Shown: in pieces, positions 38,601-47,600 of the stretch | Numbering within the stretch: the first letter of the stretch is position 1 | Layout of the letters: the number at the start of each line of letters is the position of its first letter | Source of the DNA: Thalia democratica | Taxonomy: Eukaryota | DNA: 64,000 bases | Direction: 5' to 3' | Assembly (NCBI GenBank): GCA_965202585.1 | Contig: OZ241828.1 | Coordinates: 15,066,001-15,130,000, forward strand | Program-made: the position numbers and the translations under genes | The notes under the pieces: model-generated | What the model saw: the letters and a program-made list of their open reading frames with translations, nothing else | What the model was told of the DNA's origin: nothing | Databases searched by the model: none

Positions 38601-41600
38601 CAAACAAGGAAACAGAAGCAAAGTACATATTCAGAAACACAATAAAAGTAAACTACTATTGAGTTTTTTTTTTTGGTAAGCTTATCTGCGGCACAATGAA
38701 CTTAAAAACTTTGCTTAAAAAAGCATGATACGAAACGTTAAATTGTCGAACTACATTTGACATATTTCTCTTTCAATAATAAATAGACGCGCAAAATTAC
38801 GAAATGAGAAAAGTAAACGAAAGCTAATATTTTATAAGTAAAAGACTTTGTTTAAAAAGTTTTTAAACATAACTAATTATTCACATTGTTTTGAAAAGCT
38901 TCTTGAAAAATTACTTTTTAATTGTTTTAGACTTGGCAGAGATCTTAAAACTCTTAAAACTTTAACTTAATTCTCTTTGCAATTGTTTAGTTTTGACAAA
39001 AAGAAGATTAATTTTATTTTAACAACACATTTTTAAATTTAATTTTCGAACATGATTTTCATACTTTGAGTTTTTATTCAAACTAAACTAAGTTTTCAAG
39101 TAATCGACTTTTTCATTGATAATAAGTCTTTATTTCCATTTTAAAAAAAATTAAAAAATTATCAAGAAACAACTTTTAGTGTTATAATTTTGTTTGAATA
39201 CCACCAAATAAAATAATTAATTAGAAGCAGTTAAGTAGACCAGAAACTACTTAATTATGTTCAAATTGAGCATGAAAAGTGAAGCAATTACTCAAATGAG
39301 TTTTACAATTTAATTTCACTCGCGACGTGGCAAACTTTTTTAGATATTTTATATTTTGTTTTTATATAATTTGTAAAACATATCTAATTTATAATTTTGA
39401 ACATATTGTACAAACAAGTCTTTTATTTTTTAATCATTGTGATAAATTTGTAACAAAACAAAGAAAAATTTAAACTAATAGAGCCTTATAATTACATCAG
39501 AAATTAGTTAATCAAACAAATAAACAACTTTAAAGTCTTATTAATTTTGTATTTCCATCAATTAAATGGTAATTTACTAATTAAACAATAAAACGACAAG
39601 ACCGTTTAATACAAGCCATTATCAAAATTGTATTAAAAATGTAATAAAGATAAGAGTTTATACATTAGTGATTTATAGTGTGTGTCGATTGAGAACAGCT
39701 TTTTGGAACGAATATTTCTGATGACCACATAAACTTATTTGTTTCAATCAAAATAACTAAAAAATACTATTGGTCCGTTGTGGTTTGAATTTCAAGAATA
39801 ACTTTTTGTTAAACTATTAGCATGCTTTATACCACAAAAGAATTTTTCAATTAAACATAAAACTTCAATTCTTAGTTTACCAGCTTTAAACTTCAGTGGT
39901 TTTTTGTTTAAGTATTCAAATTAATTAAAACATTTCTTGAATTAATGCAAAATATTGCTTTACACAAAAATTCAAAGCTTGGTTTACCAACTTTAAATTT
40001 TTGTGTCTTTTTTATGGTACAACGCAAACATCTTTCAACAGTTTGCTTATATCTAATTAGTTAAAACCTCAAATAATTTCCAACTTGGCTCAGTTTAAAA
40101 CTTTGATATATTATTGGCGGTTTATAATACTCGTGGTATTTAAAGTTGTTTTGAATATTTAGGTCATATGACTACAAGTTGTTTGTATGAATAACGTGAA
40201 ACAACTTTGTTTTTACTAACAATCCACATAAAACATTTTATTTTGTAATTGCAAACTAAACTACATATATAAGTTTGTTTTCAGAACTGATGTTTGAATA
40301 TTATTTTGCATGTATTAAAATAAATCCCTTTCTTTTTTCTAAGTACTAATAAGTGTTCACAGTATTACTATTGACTAGAGAGAAAAATTTTATATTTCAA
40401 ATATTCCTCAAAACATAAAAACATAACATAAGCTTTAAAAACTTATAATTTGTTATAATATATTAACTTATAAGCTAACACTTGGAATTTTTTTTTAGTT
40501 TCAACAGGTGATAAATGCTACATTGGTTTTAACAGCTAATTGATTGTGGTTAATTTAAATTAAACCAAATTACTTATAATAAATTAAATATTATAAAAGA
40601 TTAAAACAAACACACCTAATTTTTGTTTGAATAATTTAAATACTATAAAATATCTTCATTTTATGTACAGATAAAACAAATGTTTTCAACAGCTGTATTA
40701 TTTGGAAAACTGTATTATTTACTACACCATATTAGGAAATCATTGAGATTTCAAATAGACTTGCAATTCAGCAATATCACAATGATTTTGATTTTTGTGG
40801 GTCAAATCTCACTGGGAATTATTAATTTTTGTTATCAAAACTGGCCACAAATTAATAAGCTTCGTTTGAACCTAGTTTTATAAAAACTTTATAAAAAAAT
40901 TAAACAATCCATAAAAAAACTTTGCACACTTTAAATAAATTGGTGATATCAAAACATTTTCTTTAATTTATGATAGTCTAAACACACTTTTTTTTTGCCC
41001 TGCTAAAAATAATAAAGAACTACTTATCAACAATTCCTAAATAACTTTGGTATCATCCTCAAAATACCAATGCCTTGTATATAATAGAAAATGTATAAAC
41101 TATACTTTAAATAAATTATTTTAGTGGCAACTTTTAAATTAAAAGATATCATAATTGAAACACTTTTCTTTAAATTAAAAGCATTGTCGGACGTACTACT
41201 CATTTGTTAAAAACATTTTCTACCAGCCTCAAGCAATTTATCACTTTATTTATTTTGTTTACCAAAGAGCTTAGTGATTTTTAGCAAAAACACCATCTTC
41301 TTTATTGCTTAAGTTTAAAAAATAGTTCAATACCTTCACTTTAAACACCAAAGGGCCTGGTCATTAAACTTTCGTTGTTTCTCACTAACTATTTTATTTT
41401 GATTTAAAAAAAAAATTACAAACCTTAAACACCAAAGAGCTTATTTTGCGAATACGGCATCTTTATTATTTGTTTTAAATAACTTATTTTCATTTATTTT
41501 ATTTCGTAAATGACCAACTGATCGCTTATAATTAACTTATTTTATTATTCTTTACAAACCTCAAACACCATAGAGCCTTGTGGTTTTTAGCGAAAATGTC

Positions 41601-44600
41601 ATCATCTTTACTATTTGTTTTAAATAATCTATTTTCATTTATTTTATTTGGTAAATGACCAACTGATCGCTTTCAATTAATTTATTTTATTATCATTGCA
41701 CATACCTCAAACACCAAAGAGCCTTGTGGTTTTTAGCGAAAACGTCATCGTCGACCTTATTGTTTCGCTTCGACCTCATCGAAATTCTTCCTTGCACCTG
41801 ATTGGACGAATTTTTCTTGGAGCTCCTCTCGAGCAACAACATCTGTTCGAATTTCAAATGCTACACATTTGCGTACAAAAAATGTGGGTTAGCGTGGGGT
41901 TTTGACATGCTTTTTATAATAATTTATAACTACATTTATTTATATTGATTAATCTACAGCATAACATTAAATACTACTCATAAGGGTAATGTTCAAATTT
42001 TAAACTCTACATTGATATTTGTAAAAAATAGATTGGTTAGCGTCAGTTTTCACCATGCTTTTGAGTTACTATATAGATTTATTAATACTTTAGCTAGTTA
42101 CAAAAATAAATACTACAACTTACCATAAGTTTTGAATTTAAAATTCTAAATTGAAGGTTGTACAAAAAAAATTGGTAAATATAAGGTTGTACAAAAAAAA
42201 TTGGTAAATATAAGGTTGTACAAAAAAAATTGGTAAATATAAGGCTTAAACATTCTTTTTATACTAACTTACATTACATCTGTAGTAAAACATTACAACT
42301 AGGTATGATGCTCATTTGTCAATAAAAACTTACACAAAAAATATGGTCAATGTGTTTTTAGTATGGTTTAATGTTGAAACAAGACTGCAAATACAGTCAA
42401 TATTTTGTTTTTAAGAAATTTGATCTAACAAAATATATAAAAAAAAGCTTATTATGATGGATGACTTATTATGGATGACTTAAATGTGCATATTGATGTT
42501 ATTGTTCTCAAAGTAAAGCAATATAAAATATTCAACTAAAAATTTACAAAAACCTTTTGGTATATCAGGGTTTAGCAATTTATAACCATGCATTCATACA
42601 TTTATCAACACTTGTATAAATTCTACTTTAGAATTTATACAAACTATTTGGTTACTGTGGTTTAGTAATTTGATATACAAGCATGTATATAATTACAGTT
42701 GCTACATTTTCCCATGCATTTTTTAAGTATCTTGTTCCTTGCAATTATTTTAGAACTTTAAATATAGCATGGGAGTTAAGATTTCAAACTTTTAAATTAT
42801 ACACAAAAAAAATATTAGTCAGAGGGATTAAGTGACTTGTTTTGAAAATATAATTTGTTTAGTTTTAAAGCTAAAAAATTTTTTTTTGAAATAACGCATG
42901 AAAAAAATCCTTACAATAGCAACATATTTATGATGTTTTCAATTGTTTTAAAGGTAGCAAACGAGAAAAAATACTGAAAAAATACTAATATTGATTCTAT
43001 TCCTCAAACTTATTAAGGTTTAATATCCATGAATAAAAACCATACAAATTTGATAAACTAAATGAACACCAACATTAACTCTAATCCTCAAATTTAATAC
43101 TTCAAAATCTTCCAAACAAATTCAATTTTAAAAACTATTATTTTTTAAACACTTACATTGACTTTATTCCTTAAATTTTTGATAGTTTCGTTTCCGGCGA
43201 ACAAATAGAAATCGTCGTTCATTTGAAAGTCACCACATTTGTAACAGAACAGCGTCTGATCGTCCACGTTCATCATAATGGCGTGACCCGACTGTTTGTA
43301 GTGGTCCAACGCGTGGTTCTCAATGTACCTATGAAAACATTTACACAATTCAACAAAATTTCTGTACATAAGTAAATTTTAACTACCTATGTAATCTGTG
43401 GAATAAGTAATTGTGTCATGTATATGTGTGTATTAAGATTAACTATTATAGGGTTTAATTGCCAGAATGTGTGTAATGGTCCAATGCATGGTTCTCAATT
43501 TGTCTCTGTATATGTTAAAATTAATTAAATTTGTACTTAAGATGTACTTGAAGGTTTTGTTTGTGTTTATTTTTTGTTGAATACAATGTGTTCATTTTCA
43601 TTTTTATCATTGTATGTCTAAGTGGCTCAGGTTTTGATGCCTGAGTCCGACATTGCACAAAAACAATATAATAAAAAAGTTAAAACACTGATCAAAATTT
43701 GTTTCTATAAGTAAAAGGCTATTGAAAGTATTCATTCAGTTCAAATTCCATATTTCTTTATTATTAATAGAGGTGTAATTAAGAAACTATTTGGCACTAG
43801 ATTGGTTATGAATGAAAAATACTTGCAGTATCCTTTAACAACTTATTTACCTACAGATACATCATTCAATGATTTTAATCCACATTTAGAGGATACTTTA
43901 ACTTTCGACTACTTAACAATTATACAAAGTTCTTATCAAAATATAACTTTTTAGGTATTAAAGTACTTTAGTTCGTAAAACTTAGTTTGTTATTTACAAA
44001 ATAAAAAGCAAATATAAAGCATTATGACATTGCATTTTTACAAGTTTCAAATAAATAATGTGTCATACAAAACAAATAACATGAGAATGCAGTGGTTTTT
44101 CCAGCATTTCGTTATTTGCAATGCAAATGAGTGGGAGTTAGTATGGTCGGTGATACCAGTTTTATTGCTTGTATTTCAACTACTGCTGAAATAAACATGT
44201 TACACTTTCCATTTGTTGATTTTCATATGCAATTTAAAACTGTTTTTGATGTAAAAAAACTTTTCTCATGTAAAGTTGTGTCTTTTTTCTGCCTATTTTG
44301 CTAAAATCTGTAGTTGAATTTTTCTGTGCTTATGTTACTACTTCTGTACCAACTTAAAAATATTTAATTCATTTATAAATGTAACATTAACTCATGATCA
44401 TGACCGAAAAATATTTACTATCAGACATTAAATAAATTCTAAAACACTCAGTCTATCTTAATAGAAAGAAAACTTAATTTTTGAATGCTAAAATGTACTT
44501 AAACCAACTTTCTGTAACTTAGACTTAAGGCCTTTTTTATACAATTTAGACAAACAATTAATTTTTAAATAAAACTTTACATACTCCATGTAAGTATTGA

Positions 44601-47600
44601 AAACATTATCAATTTAAAGAAATCGCAACAAACTATTGCAATTAGTACAAGTTTTGCAACATTATTTTTATATAATTGAAAACATATATATTTACAAACC
44701 TGCTACAGGCCACATGTGAACACTGAAGACAAGCCATCAAAGACTCGTTGGTGCCACAACATTTGCAGAACCACTGGGAAACGTTGCACAGAGATGACGA
44801 TTTAAAATCTTGCATTTTCAGTTTGGCCAGGTGGCTACACAAGCGAGTAGATAGCTGAGATAAAAAAAAGGAAGTAATTAATTTTCATTGATTATTGTGA
44901 TGTAGTTATACATATTATCATGATAACCTTTGATTATTTTATCTGCTCTGGTATAACTAAATAAACCATAGTTATTAAAAACATATTTTCTATATGTATG
45001 GAAAATAAAATAAGGAAAATTAATAGTTTACTAATTACTATTATTATGTGAATAGGTTCTAATAAGTGAAAATATATTCTTTTTAAAAATACTTTTATTG
45101 AAATTGAAATTCAACAATTTACTTTTTTAATCAATAAACTTAGTAAGCATGATTAATGATATTTCATTAAGAGCAGAGTTTTCAGAGTTTTTTAATAGTT
45201 ACAGCCAGAGGGGGTAAATATGTTATTTAATTAGTATTCTGTTATTATTAACAACTAAATCTACTGTTACTTTTTATTTTCTATTCAAACCAAGTTTTGA
45301 AATGTAAGTAGTTTTGAGAGTTTCAAAAGCTTCTTTTAATTTATTGGCAGCTGCAATACACTACTCAAATTTGTGTTTGTACTGACTTAAATTCTATTTA
45401 AGCTAATTTCAATTTATATCTATTAACTTTTATTTAATTGATCAAAAGATTATTTCCTATAAGTTTTTAGGTAAAGTGGGTTAGGGTTAAGATTTAAAAT
45501 AATTGGTTAAATGAGTTAGGGATAAAGGTTTAACTCAAGGTTTCCCATAAAAGTAATTTTGAATTTTAGTACAGTTATAGAAATGTTTAATAAAATAAAT
45601 TCTAACTTAGATAGTCTTTGGTTTTATTTTTAATTTTGTCAAGAGGAAAACCCCAGTTTAAAACCTTAGTACTGTACTGCTGCACTGTTAGTGTTTCTCA
45701 TTTGCATAAATAAAATAAGCAAAAATAAGTTGCTGCAGCCAACTTATGGATGGGGCATACTAAACAATGTCAGTTTACTAAAAAACCATCTTCTTCTACA
45801 TTTTAAAAGCAAGTTTTAACAATGTTTTCCAACTAATCTTTATAAATCAAAACAAAAACTTTAGAAAGAAATTTTTAAATTTACTTAATTTTTTTTTTCC
45901 AACAAAAAATACAAGTTTTCCATGTTTTGGCTACAAAATTTTATTTTCAAAATTTTATAAACTTGTTCTAACTTGTATAACAATTCAAAGAACATTTTCT
46001 AAAAATTAAAGGTCTCTATCATAAAAAATTTAAAACAAGTTAAATTTTAAGTGAGAACTTAAGATTCAGAAAAACTGTGGTCCATATAATTCTATTGAAA
46101 TCCATTTACAGAGATTTTGTAAAATTTAGCTTTTGAGATTTAACTAAATTTTGTATATTATACAAAAACTGACTGCTATTTCTTATTCCAAGGCTTCTTT
46201 TAAAACTGATTTTTAATTTTAGTAGAAAAAAAAAATATTTTTGAACCCCCTGTGGCTCAACTAACAAAACAAAAAAGTAAAAATTATTTGTAGACAGCTA
46301 TATAGAAAAAATTAGATGAATTAGTAACTAATAAGGTTGTAAATTTTGTGAAAAAAGTTGTAGTATGCAAACACAGTAAAGCCTTATTGTTCTAAAATCT
46401 TTATCCTTTGAACATCTTTAGTTTTATAATTGAATTTAATTTAGACACCTAGATTATTTCTTTAAAATACAATAAAACAACTAACTTCATAGCCATATTG
46501 CTTGTAGCTGAACCCATTAGCTTTTATGGGGCTTTCCTGTGAAAAAAATAATCATATAAAATTTGTGATGTTTAAAAAGTGTTTGTGTGTATGTTATGAT
46601 GATTTTAAAACTTTACAATATTACAAAAAAAAAGTGAAACTAATTAAATTACAATATCTAATTAAATTACAATATTACAGTTTAACTATAATTAGTATTA
46701 CAAAACATTTGTATTTTAAACTAATCTTATTTTCATAAAATTGGTAGAAATAACTGTGGTATGTAACTATAAATTAAACTATAACAAACAACCAAAAATT
46801 AAATAGATTGCTATTAAAACATTTACAAAAATATTTCATTGAAAATTGTTTAAATAAAATGATTAAAAATAAAAGTGTTATTTTATTATATGTTTTATTT
46901 TTTTGTAAGAGGCCTGTAGTCTGCTCGTTAAGTAATTTTCATATAGAATTATTTTCATAAGAATGAGTAATTTTGTTTAAAAAATTTCTTTATGTACTGA
47001 ATTTCATAAAATTTAAAAAAGTATTAAATGGAGAGAAAAATTGACATTGCTCAGGGTTTTCATAGATATTTAAAGAAAAATTTCCATTTTTTCTGAATTT
47101 CTTGCAGGTTTTCAAAAGTGTTTTTGTCAACTTGTTGTCTTAAATCTATTAAAAAAACCTTTTATAAATAAATATTAAAACTTCAAAAAGATACTGTAAT
47201 GCTACTTTAATATATGATGATTCATAAAATAATTTTTGTATACAATAGATTTTTTGTATTTAATCAAAATTTTGTAAATTTATATTTGAAAACTGTTCAA
47301 AGTATCAGATTTTATCAGGTTTTTTAAGGTTTGTTTTGACTAAATTGTCAAATTCCAGGTGTTTTCAAAACCCCAGGTTATATGGCAACCCTGTTTAATG
47401 TTTTTGTAGCTTAATTTTAAACAAACTTTTGAATTTCCAAAGTATACATTAACAAAAAACTATTAAAAACACCACATAAGTTTTGTTGAATGATTTTTTG
47501 TAGTTATTTCATTTTTTATTGTTATTATTTAATTGAAAAACATCATTCAAAAATATAGGTCCATGGTTGCCACTCATCAAGCTGAGAAAAATTTCCTGAC

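Noticed and set aside
9679-39730. Other CTGANGA hits (9679, 18840, 32178, 39718)
   Set aside because: No correctly spaced GAAA, palindrome and UH, and no stem I; not hammerheads.
42154-42244. CRISPR-like 29-bp repeats
   Set aside because: No spacers, eukaryotic intron context; an ordinary tandem repeat.
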